Positions 16,301 to 28,800 of a stretch of DNA of 64,000 nucleotides are shown piece by piece; position 1 is the first letter of the stretch; each line of letters starts with the position of its first letter. The notes below the pieces were generated by a model. It was not told the origin of the DNA, searched no databases, and saw only the letters and a program-made list of their open reading frames with translations. Source of the stretch: a virus; the IMG/VR virus record IMGVR_UViG_3300020281_001713; one strand, written 5' to 3'. The position numbers and the translations under genes are program-made.

Positions 16301-19300
16301 ATGGCAAAGCAAAATATTGATATTGGTGTAGAAGGTAATGACGGCACCGGCGATAGTATTAGAGAATCGTTTCGTAAAGTAAACGAAAATTTCCAAGAAC
16401 TATATGCAGTATTTGGTATTGGTGGACAGATATCTTTTACAGACCTTAGTGACACGCCAAATACATATCAAGGTAATGAAAACAAAATACCAGCAGTAAA
16501 AAGCGATGGTAGTGGTGTTAGCTTACTTCAGCTAGCTTCAAATAATGCTTTAGACGGCACTATTGATACTATTGGCTTTGATTATACTGTAGATGGTAAA
16601 CTAGTAATTAAACAACTAGTTTCTAAGGTTTCTAACGACCCAGTTCCAACACTAGGTGGTCCATTAGATGCGGCTACACAGCCTATTGCAAACGTAGCTG
16701 TTACGCAAGCCGCAATTGATACATTTAACTCTGTACATAATACATCTTATACTATATCAGATTTAGTTATTAATAAAGCTTATGCAGATAGTAACTATCA
16801 ACAAAAAGATGTTGCAGGTGGAGGTTTAAGACTAGGCGACGAACCAACTGATGTTTCTGCTTATACACTTACTGTTGGTTCATTAAATTTAGGTAATCTT
16901 GTTATATCAGGACACGGATTAACAGGAAGTTATACTGGTGCAGGATTTAAATGGAAATCAACTGGAACTGATCCAAGTAATGTTGTAACCGGAAATACTT
17001 ACTTTACAAGGATTATAGATGATAATAACATTAGCTTGCATACAACATCTGCAGGAGCTATTGCAAATACAGGAAGAATACTATTAAGTGGTGGCACAGG
17101 TACATTTACAATTACAGATGCGGCATATGATGCTACACTTACAGGCAATTGGTTAGATAACGTAGCACTACCTAGAAAGTCTGTTGTACGTAGACAAGGC
17201 GATACAATGGCTGGCACATTAAACTTATTTGATCATCCAGGTGAACTAGCTGGTAAAGGTACACCATACGGTCCTGATGATCTACAAGCAGTATCTAAAT
17301 TATATGTCGATAATGTTGCGGCTACAAGTGATGTAAACATCTTTGTTACAATGAAAGGTGACGATACGCAACGTTACACACCAGACGGTAAACAAGGTAG
17401 AGCAATTGGTTATGCATACAGAACTATAAATGCCGCGGCTAGAAAGGCTGAAGAAATAATTGTTTCAGCACCTCCTGAGCCAGGTCCTTATATGCAAACA
17501 CTTACATTTAATACTGGTGCAACTAATTCTACTGTGAACACAGCAGGTATTACTTCTCCAATAAGTGGCAGAACAAATGCTAGAACACTTGTAATAAACA
17601 ACAAAGAGTTTGTTGCAAAAGAAACAACTGCATATATGAATGCAACATACCCCGACCATAAAGGAAAGTATGATGAAGAAGCATTTGAAAAGCGTATAGA
17701 AGAAATACTAGATAGTGTTTCATTAGATGCATTATTAGGAAACAATGCAAACTTCTTATCAAGGTATGCAGGATTAACTTACTATGCAAGTGTTGAAGGG
17801 CAAATACTTATAGGCACACAAAAAACAGAAACTGTAGCTGGTATTACATACGCTAAAACCATTGTTAAAAATAATATCCTAACTAATACAGCAGTTTCAA
17901 CAAACTATCAAACACAAGTAACACAATTTATTAATAATGCTATTGTTCCAGATGCACAAGCTGATGATGCAATTGATGCTAAGTTTCAAATTGTACTAGA
18001 TGTTATTAATAATGGTGCATTAAACGCACCTGCTATTGTTGATGGAACTACTACATACAAAATTAACGCAAATAATGGTAACTTTGGTTACTTAGATCAA
18101 GCTAATCCAAACAACACTGATGCTATTCCTGGTAAAGTTCTTAGAGGTAGAACTTCAGGTGCTATAGGCTTAATGGTTGACTATAAACATGAGTCTGGCA
18201 CAAGAGCAGTTAGTATTGCAACCACTGATGAAATTGAGTTACAACTTCTTACGCCAGTGGAATTTATTCCTGGTGAAGAATTAGAATATGGAAACGTTCA
18301 AAATTCAACACAAGTTGTATTAATTGTTGAATCAGGAATATACGAAGAAGACTTTCCTATTAAAGTTCCAACTAATGTTTCCATTAGGGGAGACGAGCAA
18401 AGACGAGTAATTGTTCGTCCTAAGAAACGTGTTTCACAATCCCGTTATGCTGACACATATTTTTACAGAGATGCTGAATTTGATGGTTTAGTTTTAGGTG
18501 TATCTGAAATAAACTCATTAAAATTTGAAACACAGATTAATTCTTCAAGAACAGCAGGAACTTATACTGTAACAAGTTCTAACATGACTACTAGCAAGCT
18601 AGGAAAAAATGCAACAATTACTGTAGTCATTGACAGCAATGGTGCAGTTGAATCTGCAACACCAACTGTAAAAGGTGAGGATTTTGTAAAAGACGAAACA
18701 ATAACTATAGAAGATTCTCAATTAGGTGCAGGTGGAGCACCATCTGTTATATTAACAGTTGATACAATTTTAAATGGAGATGTTTATAAAAATCCATTAA
18801 CAGGAACATTTGATGGATACTTTGGTTACCATTATTTAGAAAAACCAGGAAGTTTAAAAAATATTGGTGCTGGCTATACCAACGTAGGTAATTGGGAAAC
18901 ATCAGCACTTACGTTTATAGACAACAAAGAATTCATTCAAGAACAAGTTGTAAACTATGTAGAAACAACTTATCCAGCTTTGCCGGCAGGTGCAATTTAT
19001 TCTAGGGCAAAATGGTTTGGATGGGTAGGTAAAATTGTTGATGCTATTATAAAAGATTTAAGACTTGGTGGTAATGAATTTATTTTAGAAGAACAAGGTG
19101 ATATTTACTGGGAAGGTAAAACAGACTCTTCTTTACCAAGTGATTACTATGATGAATGGGTAGCTGGTGTTAGTCATATCTATACTATGGCTAATAAACT
19201 ATTACAAGGACAGGCTCCAACAACATTATATAATCAATCAGGAGGAAGTGCAAGTGATAGAGTTTATGCACAAGATTTAACAAATGGAGATTCTGCTCCT

Positions 19301-22300
19301 GCTAATTGGTCTGCAGGAAAATTATATAGATTGCAAGATGTTGTTAAATTTACATCAGCAGGAGTTGTTAGATATTATATTCCAAAAATCCAGCACACAT
19401 CAGGAAGCACTTTTGATGCAACTGAAATTGCTACATTTTGGACTGAAATAGATACAATTGATACAACTGTACAGAATTTTATTAATAGCGTTAACTTTGC
19501 ATTTAACGCCGCATACAATCCACCGAAGCGTAACCAAGATTTAGATGTATTCTTGCTTAATGATGCAACAATTTTAAGAAACATGACTGTACAAGGTCAG
19601 GGCGGATTTATGGGTGTACTTGATCCAGACGGACAGGTCCTTACAAAATCTCCATATATTCAAACAGGTTCTAGCTTTGCGGCATCGTTAAACAAACAAG
19701 CATTTAGAGGCGGATTATATACAGACGCATTTGTAGGTAACTCAGCAATTAGAGTAACAGGTAGGGTTGCAAATGATCCATTTAGATTGACCATTCAAAG
19801 TTTAGGCTCACAAGCTGATCCACAAGGCTTATTTGTAAGACGTCCGCAAACTCCATGTGCATTTTACATTGATGGTAGACGTTTCCAAGTTAACGCCCTA
19901 ACAAATTACGATAAGTCACTAGGTACAGCAGAAATTGTATTGGATAGAAGTTCAAACGGTGGAATAGGTTTTACAGGAACTACTAGTGAATTAATAACTG
20001 GATTTAACTTAACGCAAGTAGGTACGTTTAACTTTGACGAAACTAAATGTGAAAGAGATACTGGATACATTTTAGATGCGGTGGCTTTTGATTTAGCGTT
20101 GAATACAAACTACAACCAAGTTACAAATGGTCTAGCTTATCAGCGTAATGGTGTTAGCACTTATTTACAATCAAATCAAAAAACACAGACTATTGCGGCT
20201 ATTCAAGTTGCAAAAGCGGCGACAGCGGCCTTATCTAACGTAGCGTCTGATGCTACTGCACTGTCTAGGTCAAACGCCGCATTTGATGAAATAATTGATA
20301 TTATTGATAATGGTGCTTTGGGTACAGAACAAGCCGCAGATACTATTACTTTTTCTACCCCAGGATCTTTACCCACAGCAAATGCAGTAGAAGCAAGAAC
20401 AAAGCTACAAGAAAACAGAGTTTTCTTAGGCGCAGAAGCAGTAGCATACATAAATTTAAATAGTCCTGCACCAGGATACGATCAAGTTAAATGTGCTAGA
20501 GATGTAAGATTTTTAATTGATGCTTTATCATACGATATTAACTACGGTGGTAACCAAGCATCAAGAATTGCGGCAAGATCATATGTAGACGACGGTGTTC
20601 CTGTACTGGCAGCCGCAGAAATAACACCTACTGCAAATGCTTTGAATCATATCAAGGGTTTACTATCTGATATTATTCAAGGTAATGCTATTACAAAATC
20701 AACAGGCAATACTGAAACACAGGTCACTGCTGGTCTAACAGCAACAGCAACCGAAGCTACACAGTTGGTTAGCTTGTTTGATATTACAATAAATGTTATC
20801 CAAGCATCTAATCTTAATAGTGTACCAGCTTTAATTAATCCAGATGTTACATGGGCTACTAGTGCATTACAAACTGCAAAAAGTTCTATAGAAAGTAATA
20901 AAGCACTTATCATAAGAAAAACTGTCCAGAGTGTTGCGGCACCAATTGATATTACACTACAAACAGCTGGTAACAGAAGTATGTTAGGTAATGACTTTAC
21001 ACAAATAAATGATCTAGGTTATGGATTAGTTGCTGTTAACGGTGGTATATCAGAAATGGTATCTATGTTTACATACTATTGTCATGCAAGTTACTATTCT
21101 AAAAACGGATCACAAATTAGATCACTTACGGGTTCAAGTTGTTACGGCGAATTTGGATTAGTTGCAGAAGGATCTGATCCAAACGAAATACCAGATGCTG
21201 TATCCTTAGCAGAAGATATGGTAATGCCAGGCAAAATATTCTCAGCTTCGGTTGTTTTACAGTTAACAGGACCTGTACAGGCTGTAGCAGGTGAAACATT
21301 TACACAGGCCAGTTCAGGTGCAACAGGTGTAGTAGTTATTTCAACTGGCGCTAACGGAAGTGTAAACATCTATCTTAGAAATAGTTCAGGATCATTTGAT
21401 ACAACAAATCAAATTACAGGATCAACCACAGGTGCATTAGGTGCTAATTCAGTACCGTTATCAGTAGATGCAACAGGTTATACTAATGCGGCTACTACAG
21501 CTTACATGTATGTGTACGATTTTAAAGATATTCCATCGAATAGATCAGAGTTTGATATCTATCATACAAATGCTTCACCTAATCCTGTGCAAGGAAGATA
21601 TGAAGTTTCTAATATTGAATTAGCAACACCTTACTTGGCTGGTTACAATGGAGTAGGCGTAGGAGGAAGTCCTCCTATTACTGCAACACAAACAGTAGCA
21701 GTAGGTACAGCTAACAATGCACGTTTTCAAATACGAAAGACAAAAACCGATGGCTATTCTGTTGTAGTAACTACACCAGGAACTGACTATAGAGAAAATG
21801 ATACGTTTTTAGTTACAGGCGATCTATTAGGTGGTGCAACACCTACTAATGATGCAACTATTACAGTTACCCAAGTAGACAGTGGAGATAGTACACCTAG
21901 CACAGGTGCAATTACAGGAGCATCTATTGCAGGTACAGCAGATACAACATCAGACGAAACACCGACTTATAGTGGTGCAATTTACAAATTAAACTTTAGT
22001 ACTTCGTCTGCTCAATATGCACAAAATGGGGTAATTGCTCAACCATCCCATAATGATATAGTTAACTATAGACGTAATGAAACACATATTTTAAATGATT
22101 TGGCACAGCCAGACTTGTTAACTATTAGACCAAGCACTGCGGTACTATTTAATGAAAATCCTGGTTTCTTTTATAGATCAATTTCGTTTTTAACAAGTAA
22201 TAGTTTAGGCACTGCTTTAGGTGCAAATAGTATTCAAGCAGGATTTGATAGTGCATTTGATTATATTAGATTAACAATTGATAACACTAGGGCAACTGAA

Positions 22301-25099
22301 ACTGCACTAAGTGGTACAGGGACAACTAAAGGATCCACAGCAGGAGATGTAAGACTAGCACTTCAAGCAGTAGCAGATGCTAATGAAAAATTTAGACTTA
22401 ACAATAATGTTAGGACACCAGAAGCTTACAGACCCGCTGGCTGGACAAGTTCATCATTAACTGAAGCTCCAATTATAACTTGGGCAGGTAAAAAACACTA
22501 TGTATACAATTATAGAGGTGTCAACGGAGCAGGAGCAGAACAAGTATCAGCTTCTGATGATGTTTACGCTATAGTCGATCTTGCAGATGTAGGGGAAACA
22601 ATTAATTCTACAAATGCAACAGGTATACATAGTACAGTTATATTAGGTAATCTAACTAATACAATACGTGCAGGTCTACAAGCAGGTGCGACTGGTGATG
22701 TTACTGTTAACATTTCAACATGTAGAGCTACAGGACATGATTTCTTAGATATCGGTACAGGCGGCTTTAATGCTACAAACTATCCAAACTTTATTTTTGG
22801 TCCTCCGGGTGAAAAGAATGCCGCTCAAGAAGTTGTTGAGAAAAACAAAGGTAGAGTTTTCTTTGTTAGTACAGACCAAAATGGTATTTTTAGGGTTGGT
22901 AAATTTTTCCAAGTTGACCAAGGTACAGGTACTGTAACATTTAGTGCAAGTATAGCGTTATCAGATGTTGACGGACTTGGATTTAAGCGAGGAGTTGTGA
23001 TTACTGAATTCTCAACAGATACAGCAATGACAGACAACGCTAGTGATACAGTTCCAACAGAAGGTGCTGTCAGAGGATATGTCAACAGACGTTTAGGTTA
23101 TGATGTTAATGGTACAGCAGTAGCAAACAAGTTAGGGCCAGGTGTACTTGCTCCTAATGGTGTTGTACCAATGACTGGTGACTTAAATGCCGCGAGTAAC
23201 ACAATTACAAACTTAAAAACACCAGCACAAGACAGCGATGCGGCTACTAAATCTTATGTTGATAATATTGGTGGTAGTATTGACGTACCAGCACTTAGAA
23301 GTTCTGAATATAATGATTATTCTGCAGGTAACTTATTTGTTGCCACAGGAGAAAAGAAACTTATTATTAGTGCAGGTTCTATTGTAAGTGGACCGTTTGT
23401 TCAAGGACAAACTATAAGCGGTAATAACAGTGGTGCAACTGGTACTATAGTTGACTTAAAAACAACAACAAATGTTGAAGGTAATGTTGTTGAAATAACT
23501 TACACTCCAGTAACAGGAACATTTACAGATGGTTTACCAGCAGGTGGCGGCGAAACACAAGATACAGTTAGTGTAGTTGGCGGCGCCCAAGGTACACTTG
23601 TAAAAGGACCAATTGACGTCTGGGCAAACGGTATTGCAACAACTTCAAGTGATATAACATTTACTCCGACAAGACAAAGAACTATTGTCGGAGGAGTTGT
23701 AACAGATAGATATGTAGATTTAGACATACAATACAAAGTAGGCTCTATTGTTAATGCTGACGTAAGTGGTTCAGCAGGGATTTCACAAAGTAAACTTGCA
23801 ATGACTGCCGCAGGCACTAGAGTAAATGCTGTAAATATTGATCAATCTGATTTAGGTTTAAGTGCATACGATCAAGCAGTATTTACAACAACAAATGGAT
23901 TTGTTAGTATTGCTGATGGCCAACTTAACCTTAAGAAGATTCAACGTATTAGTGATGGAACTGTATTAGGTAATTGGAGTGGAGATAGTAGTGACAATGA
24001 TATAGATGAAATATCATTTTCAACAGTAGTTTCACAAGGCGGCGGTATAGGCGATGCTGACTTAACTACAACAGTAGGAGCAGCCGCAGATCCAGGTGAA
24101 GCTGTAATTAAAACAGGTTCAGGAACATATGCTGTAAGTAATGTAACAAAAACTGGTGAAGTAAACAGTATTGTTAAGACAGATACTTCCGGAAGTATAC
24201 AAGTAAATTCATTGATACTTGGTGGTGATCCAACATATGAAATTTTATCACTAGATACTACAACAGTCATTATGAAAACACCTGCACAAGGTGAAATACT
24301 TAGGGCAACAGGTACAAATGGTACAAGCTCAAACGGTGCACCTGATATACTAATGGCAGGTAGTCTTAACATAGACGGCACTGGTGTTGCAGAAAGTACA
24401 TTACAAAATGCTTCAAACTTTAATGGCGAAGCTGTCTTAGGTGTTGATTGGATTTATTCTAGCTTTATTGAAGCTCCAGGCGAAAAGGGAGCGGCAAGTA
24501 CAGCTATTGCAATTGGTGCTAATACAGGTAAAACTGCGGCAGGACAAGTAGGTATTGTTACAGCTGATAGCGGAACTTCTTCTAGTGTTGTACCATTTAT
24601 TTTTAGTAGTACAGGTGCTTTACCAGATGTTACAAATACATACGATATTGGTAGTGCAACATTAAAATATAAAGACATTTATGCTACTACGTTTTATGGA
24701 ACAGCTACAGAAGCTTACTACGCTGACTTAGCTGAGAATTACATAGCGGATCAAGATTATGAAGCAGGTACGGTACTTGTGTTTGGTGGTGAAAAAGAAT
24801 TAACAACAACACAGGCAAAAGGTGATAGAAGAGTTGCAGGTATAGTATCTACTGAACCAGCACACTTAATGAATTCAGCTTTAGAAGGTAAGCATGTGAC
24901 ACCTTTAGCACTACAAGGTAGAGTGCCTTGTAAAGTGATAGGCTTGGTTATGAAAGGCGACATGTTAGTTACAAGTGCTATTCCAGGATATGCTATTGTA
25001 GACAACAATCCAAAAGTTGGTACTGTCATTGGTAAGGCTGTAGGAAGCAAAACAGATAGCGACCGTGGCGTAGTTGAAATTGTAGTAGGTAAGCATTAA
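16301..25099 (+). CDS. Giant virion structural protein (baseplate/tail fibre, 2932 aa)
   Basis: T4 gp9/gp10-like N-terminus (IDIG..GNDGTGDSIRESF.KVNENF.ELY), Thr/Gly-rich body, C-terminal intramolecular chaperone-like domain (YADLAENY...GTVLVFGGEKE). Confidence 0.85.
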   Translation: MAKQNIDIGVEGNDGTGDSIRESFRKVNENFQELYAVFGIGGQISFTDLSDTPNTYQGNENKIPAVKSDGSGVSLLQLASNNALDGTIDTIGFDYTVDGKLVIKQLVSKVSNDPVPTLGGPLDAATQPIANVAVTQAAIDTFNSVHNTSYTISDLVINKAYADSNYQQKDVAGGGLRLGDEPTDVSAYTLTVGSLNLGNLVISGHGLTGSYTGAGFKWKSTGTDPSNVVTGNTYFTRIIDDNNISLHTTSAGAIANTGRILLSGGTGTFTITDAAYDATLTGNWLDNVALPRKSVVRRQGDTMAGTLNLFDHPGELAGKGTPYGPDDLQAVSKLYVDNVAATSDVNIFVTMKGDDTQRYTPDGKQGRAIGYAYRTINAAARKAEEIIVSAPPEPGPYMQTLTFNTGATNSTVNTAGITSPISGRTNARTLVINNKEFVAKETTAYMNATYPDHKGKYDEEAFEKRIEEILDSVSLDALLGNNANFLSRYAGLTYYASVEGQILIGTQKTETVAGITYAKTIVKNNILTNTAVSTNYQTQVTQFINNAIVPDAQADDAIDAKFQIVLDVINNGALNAPAIVDGTTTYKINANNGNFGYLDQANPNNTDAIPGKVLRGRTSGAIGLMVDYKHESGTRAVSIATTDEIELQLLTPVEFIPGEELEYGNVQNSTQVVLIVESGIYEEDFPIKVPTNVSIRGDEQRRVIVRPKKRVSQSRYADTYFYRDAEFDGLVLGVSEINSLKFETQINSSRTAGTYTVTSSNMTTSKLGKNATITVVIDSNGAVESATPTVKGEDFVKDETITIEDSQLGAGGAPSVILTVDTILNGDVYKNPLTGTFDGYFGYHYLEKPGSLKNIGAGYTNVGNWETSALTFIDNKEFIQEQVVNYVETTYPALPAGAIYSRAKWFGWVGKIVDAIIKDLRLGGNEFILEEQGDIYWEGKTDSSLPSDYYDEWVAGVSHIYTMANKLLQGQAPTTLYNQSGGSASDRVYAQDLTNGDSAPANWSAGKLYRLQDVVKFTSAGVVRYYIPKIQHTSGSTFDATEIATFWTEIDTIDTTVQNFINSVNFAFNAAYNPPKRNQDLDVFLLNDATILRNMTVQGQGGFMGVLDPDGQVLTKSPYIQTGSSFAASLNKQAFRGGLYTDAFVGNSAIRVTGRVANDPFRLTIQSLGSQADPQGLFVRRPQTPCAFYIDGRRFQVNALTNYDKSLGTAEIVLDRSSNGGIGFTGTTSELITGFNLTQVGTFNFDETKCERDTGYILDAVAFDLALNTNYNQVTNGLAYQRNGVSTYLQSNQKTQTIAAIQVAKAATAALSNVASDATALSRSNAAFDEIIDIIDNGALGTEQAADTITFSTPGSLPTANAVEARTKLQENRVFLGAEAVAYINLNSPAPGYDQVKCARDVRFLIDALSYDINYGGNQASRIAARSYVDDGVPVLAAAEITPTANALNHIKGLLSDIIQGNAITKSTGNTETQVTAGLTATATEATQLVSLFDITINVIQASNLNSVPALINPDVTWATSALQTAKSSIESNKALIIRKTVQSVAAPIDITLQTAGNRSMLGNDFTQINDLGYGLVAVNGGISEMVSMFTYYCHASYYSKNGSQIRSLTGSSCYGEFGLVAEGSDPNEIPDAVSLAEDMVMPGKIFSASVVLQLTGPVQAVAGETFTQASSGATGVVVISTGANGSVNIYLRNSSGSFDTTNQITGSTTGALGANSVPLSVDATGYTNAATTAYMYVYDFKDIPSNRSEFDIYHTNASPNPVQGRYEVSNIELATPYLAGYNGVGVGGSPPITATQTVAVGTANNARFQIRKTKTDGYSVVVTTPGTDYRENDTFLVTGDLLGGATPTNDATITVTQVDSGDSTPSTGAITGASIAGTADTTSDETPTYSGAIYKLNFSTSSAQYAQNGVIAQPSHNDIVNYRRNETHILNDLAQPDLLTIRPSTAVLFNENPGFFYRSISFLTSNSLGTALGANSIQAGFDSAFDYIRLTIDNTRATETALSGTGTTKGSTAGDVRLALQAVADANEKFRLNNNVRTPEAYRPAGWTSSSLTEAPIITWAGKKHYVYNYRGVNGAGAEQVSASDDVYAIVDLADVGETINSTNATGIHSTVILGNLTNTIRAGLQAGATGDVTVNISTCRATGHDFLDIGTGGFNATNYPNFIFGPPGEKNAAQEVVEKNKGRVFFVSTDQNGIFRVGKFFQVDQGTGTVTFSASIALSDVDGLGFKRGVVITEFSTDTAMTDNASDTVPTEGAVRGYVNRRLGYDVNGTAVANKLGPGVLAPNGVVPMTGDLNAASNTITNLKTPAQDSDAATKSYVDNIGGSIDVPALRSSEYNDYSAGNLFVATGEKKLIISAGSIVSGPFVQGQTISGNNSGATGTIVDLKTTTNVEGNVVEITYTPVTGTFTDGLPAGGGETQDTVSVVGGAQGTLVKGPIDVWANGIATTSSDITFTPTRQRTIVGGVVTDRYVDLDIQYKVGSIVNADVSGSAGISQSKLAMTAAGTRVNAVNIDQSDLGLSAYDQAVFTTTNGFVSIADGQLNLKKIQRISDGTVLGNWSGDSSDNDIDEISFSTVVSQGGGIGDADLTTTVGAAADPGEAVIKTGSGTYAVSNVTKTGEVNSIVKTDTSGSIQVNSLILGGDPTYEILSLDTTTVIMKTPAQGEILRATGTNGTSSNGAPDILMAGSLNIDGTGVAESTLQNASNFNGEAVLGVDWIYSSFIEAPGEKGAASTAIAIGANTGKTAAGQVGIVTADSGTSSSVVPFIFSSTGALPDVTNTYDIGSATLKYKDIYATTFYGTATEAYYADLAENYIADQDYEAGTVLVFGGEKELTTTQAKGDRRVAGIVSTEPAHLMNSALEGKHVTPLALQGRVPCKVIGLVMKGDMLVTSAIPGYAIVDNNPKVGTVIGKAVGSKTDSDRGVVEIVVGKH

Positions 25100-25266
25100 T
25101 GAACGAAGAACATCAAAATCTATTAAGTAAACAATATTTAAAACAACTTGTAAAAGAAGGAGCTCCCTTATCGCAAGATAGAAAAAATGAGCAAAAACGT
25201 GAAGTAATTGTTACGGCAGGAAAAATTAGAATACAAGTTGATAAAGGGAACCTAACAAATGGCTAG
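25099..25266 (+). CDS. 55-aa hypothetical protein
   Basis: TAATG-coupled and overlaps the next start; not in the ORF track. Confidence 0.5.
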   Translation: MNEEHQNLLSKQYLKQLVKEGAPLSQDRKNEQKREVIVTAGKIRIQVDKGNLTNG

Positions 25267-25798
25267 ACAAACTATAAACATAGGTACAAGTGCAAACAAA
25301 GGTGACGGGGATCCTTTACGTACAGCGTTTACAAAGATTAATAATAATTTTAGTGAACTTTATGGCGGGAACTTTGCAGAACCAACAGCGTTAAATACAA
25401 ATCTTGCAAGTTCGCAAGACGGTGTACATGATTTAGGCACATCTGGTAAACAATGGCGCAATCTACATGTAAAAGACTTTGTTTACATAGGAGGTACTAG
25501 ATTAAGTGTTAGTGCAACAGGAACTTTACTTGTAAATAATGCGGCTATTACAGCAGATGCTATTAAAGGTTCTGTATTTGCGGACGACTCATCCTTGTTA
25601 GTTGATGGGATAAATGGAAAATTTTATGGGCACTTGACAGGAGATGTAAATGGTAGTGTATTTGGTGACGATAGTACAATATTAGTAGATGCAGTAAATG
25701 GAAACATACCCGGGTATGTTAAATTAAGTGTATTAAAATCAGAAGTTGCGGCTAGCACAAGTTTTGCTGATTTTCAATTAAGGATTGCGGCACTATAA
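25259..25798 (+). CDS. Short baseplate/fibre protein
   Basis: gp9/gp10-like N-terminus and two GSVF(A/G)DDS repeats. Confidence 0.75.
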   Translation: MARQTINIGTSANKGDGDPLRTAFTKINNNFSELYGGNFAEPTALNTNLASSQDGVHDLGTSGKQWRNLHVKDFVYIGGTRLSVSATGTLLVNNAAITADAIKGSVFADDSSLLVDGINGKFYGHLTGDVNGSVFGDDSTILVDAVNGNIPGYVKLSVLKSEVAASTSFADFQLRIAAL

Positions 25799-25840
25799 TG
25801 GGTTACGATAAATATATAAAACAGCAGGATGTAAATTAAC

Positions 25841-28800
25841 ATGGCGAATAGATATCCACTAATAATAGACACGCTTGATGCAAACAAGATAAAAGAGCTT
25901 CAAACAGGAGACAACCTTAATCTTGCTGACAATAGTATTGTAGGTGTTCAAAATATTACAGCGTTAGGCACAATAGAAGCCGCGGTACTTACTGTAAATG
26001 GAAATAGAATTGTAGCTCAAAACTTTTTACAACTTTCAGATACACCAAGTACGTACACAGGTAACGCAGACAAGTTTGTTGCTGTAAATACAGCAGGCAC
26101 AGGAATAGAATTTAGACCGCTGAGTGCATTTGGTAATGTTGATGTATCAAGCTTAGATATTTCTGGAAATATATTACCAGTTACTAATAATACTTCAAAC
26201 ATAGGAAGTAATACGCTTAGATTTGCTCAAGTTTGGGCAACAGATGTGTATGCCAATATAAAATCTTTCAGTGGTACAACAATATTTGATGCAACTACAG
26301 GACTTATTCCTTACGCCGCACTACAAGGAAATCCTACTAACGTTTCAGAATTTATTAATGATAGCGGTTTTGCAACCACAAGCGAAGTTAATAGTTTAAT
26401 AGGAAACTTCTTCGGAGGTGGAGGCACTCTTACTGCTGATATCACAGGAAGTGTATTTGCAAATGATTCCACTATGCTTGTTGACGGGACAAGTGGTACA
26501 TTAGTTGGTAATATACATTATCCTACAACAGGATCAATTACGGCAGGTACAAAAGTACAATTAGGAACAACTGAATTAACATCTACAATAGAGCCGCCGA
26601 CTGCTAACACAGGCGCAATAGGAACTACAACAAAACGTTTTGGTATAGGGTATTTCCAAAATATAAACGCAAGTGGAAATATAACTGCGGCAACTTTTAA
26701 TGGTACGCTTAATGGTGTATTAATTGGTGAGCATGTTGGTAGTGTATATGGAGACGATTCAACTGTATTAGTTGATGGAGTTAATTCTACACTTAGAGGA
26801 CATCATATTGGCGATCACACAGGTTCAGTATTTGCAGACGACTCAGGAGTTGTAATTGACGGTATTACTGGTACTGTAGTAGGACCTGTTAACAGTTCAG
26901 ATTTAAGATCAACAAGTCCAAATGTTAGAATAGGTTTAAATGCTGGTTTAACTAATCAAGGCACTTATAGTATTGCAATAGGCGAACGGGCAGGTAATTT
27001 AAATCAATCCGCTGATGGTATTGCTATAGGTTATGCGGCAGGTAGAGATGATCAACAGACAGACGGTATTGCTATTGGACAAAATGCAGGGCAAGTTAAT
27101 CAAGGTGCTAGTTCTGTTGCTATTGGTACAATGGTTGGTAAAACAAACCAACACGCAAATACTATTATGCTTAGTGCTACTGGTGCTGAATTTAATTCTA
27201 CACAAGCAAATTCATTTTTTGTTAAACCAATTAGAGAAGCAATTAATGATTCATTTTTAAGGTATAATACTGCAACAGGTGAAGTTACTTATACATCATC
27301 TGCCGCTGGTACATTTGACGGGGACCTCACAGGCTCTGTATATTCAGATAATAGCACACTTTTAGTTGACGGTATAAATGCTAGACATAATTTCCCTAAC
27401 AACGTACTAGCTGATTTAAGTGATGTAAGTAATACAACACCAAGTGCAGGAGAAGTGCTTAAATGGGATGGTTCTCAATGGGCGCCAGGCGCTGACGCTA
27501 CATCGGGTGGCGGTGGAACAAACGCTGATACATTAGATGGTTTTGATAGTCCTTATTTCTTAAATTGGACAAACTTTACTAATACACCAACTACACTTGC
27601 AGGTTATGGAATAACAGATGCAATTGGTTCTCTTTCAGCTGATACAACTCCTTCATTAAGTGGAGAATTAATAACAGGACAAAATAGAATTGCTTTTGCA
27701 GATACTGGTACAGTTAGTTTCTTAGATTTTACTGTTACACATTTAGGACAAAATAATAACACAGTCCTAAGCAGTGTAAAAAGTATTAACTTTTTCTTAG
27801 ATAGTAATGGCGGCGACTCAGGTCAAGCATTTAGAATTTTTAATAATATAGATCCAGATAGTACACCTACTGAAACAGACCGCATTTTTAAAGTAAGTGA
27901 AAACGGTGATGTAAACATAGGCAATCACTTGATTATGGATCAAGGTTCAATTGTGTTTGAAGGAACATCAGCTGATGATCATGAAACAACATTGACTCCA
28001 GGAAATCCAACACAAGATAATACTATTACACTACCTGATGCATCTGGAACTATTGCACTTTTATCTACTGTGCCTGGACAACTTTCTGCACAACTAGGAG
28101 CCGCAAGTGGCAGTGGAGGCGGATCTTATGATAGTGCTACAGGAGTTATTACTTTTACTCCAGCAGACTTAGCTACTATTAATATTGTTACTGATGCTAC
28201 TCCACAACTTGGTGGTACACTAGATGCAAATGGTAATACTATTAATATGGGCACTAACGTTATTACCGACACAAAAGTTGGAAACTGGGATACATCATAC
28301 GGATGGGGTAATCATGCTAGTGCAGGTTATTTAACAGGTATAACTACACAATCAATTTACGAGCTAAGTAATGTTAACACAACAGCTAGTCCAACAAACA
28401 ATCAAGTTTTAACTTGGGACAGTAGTAATAGCTATTGGAGCCCTGCAGATCCACAAGGTGGCGGCTCAATAGGAGCTTTTACATTTACCGGTAGTGTTAT
28501 GGACACTAATGACAGTAGTAGTATTACTGTAACTCCAGCAATGACACTCAGCAGTGATTTAACAGTACAAAATGACCTAGTAGTAAATAATACCGTTAGA
28601 GCAAATAAACTTGTTAGTACAGCCGCTGGCGTGCCAAAATTTACATCAACAACTAACATTGAATTAAATGCACAAGGCGCAGTTATTATTGGCTCTAGCC
28701 AACTTAGAATAAAAAGTTTTACTACAGCAGAGCGTGATGCTCTTACTGCATCTACAGGAGATATTATATATAATACAACGCTTTCTAAAATGCAATTAAG

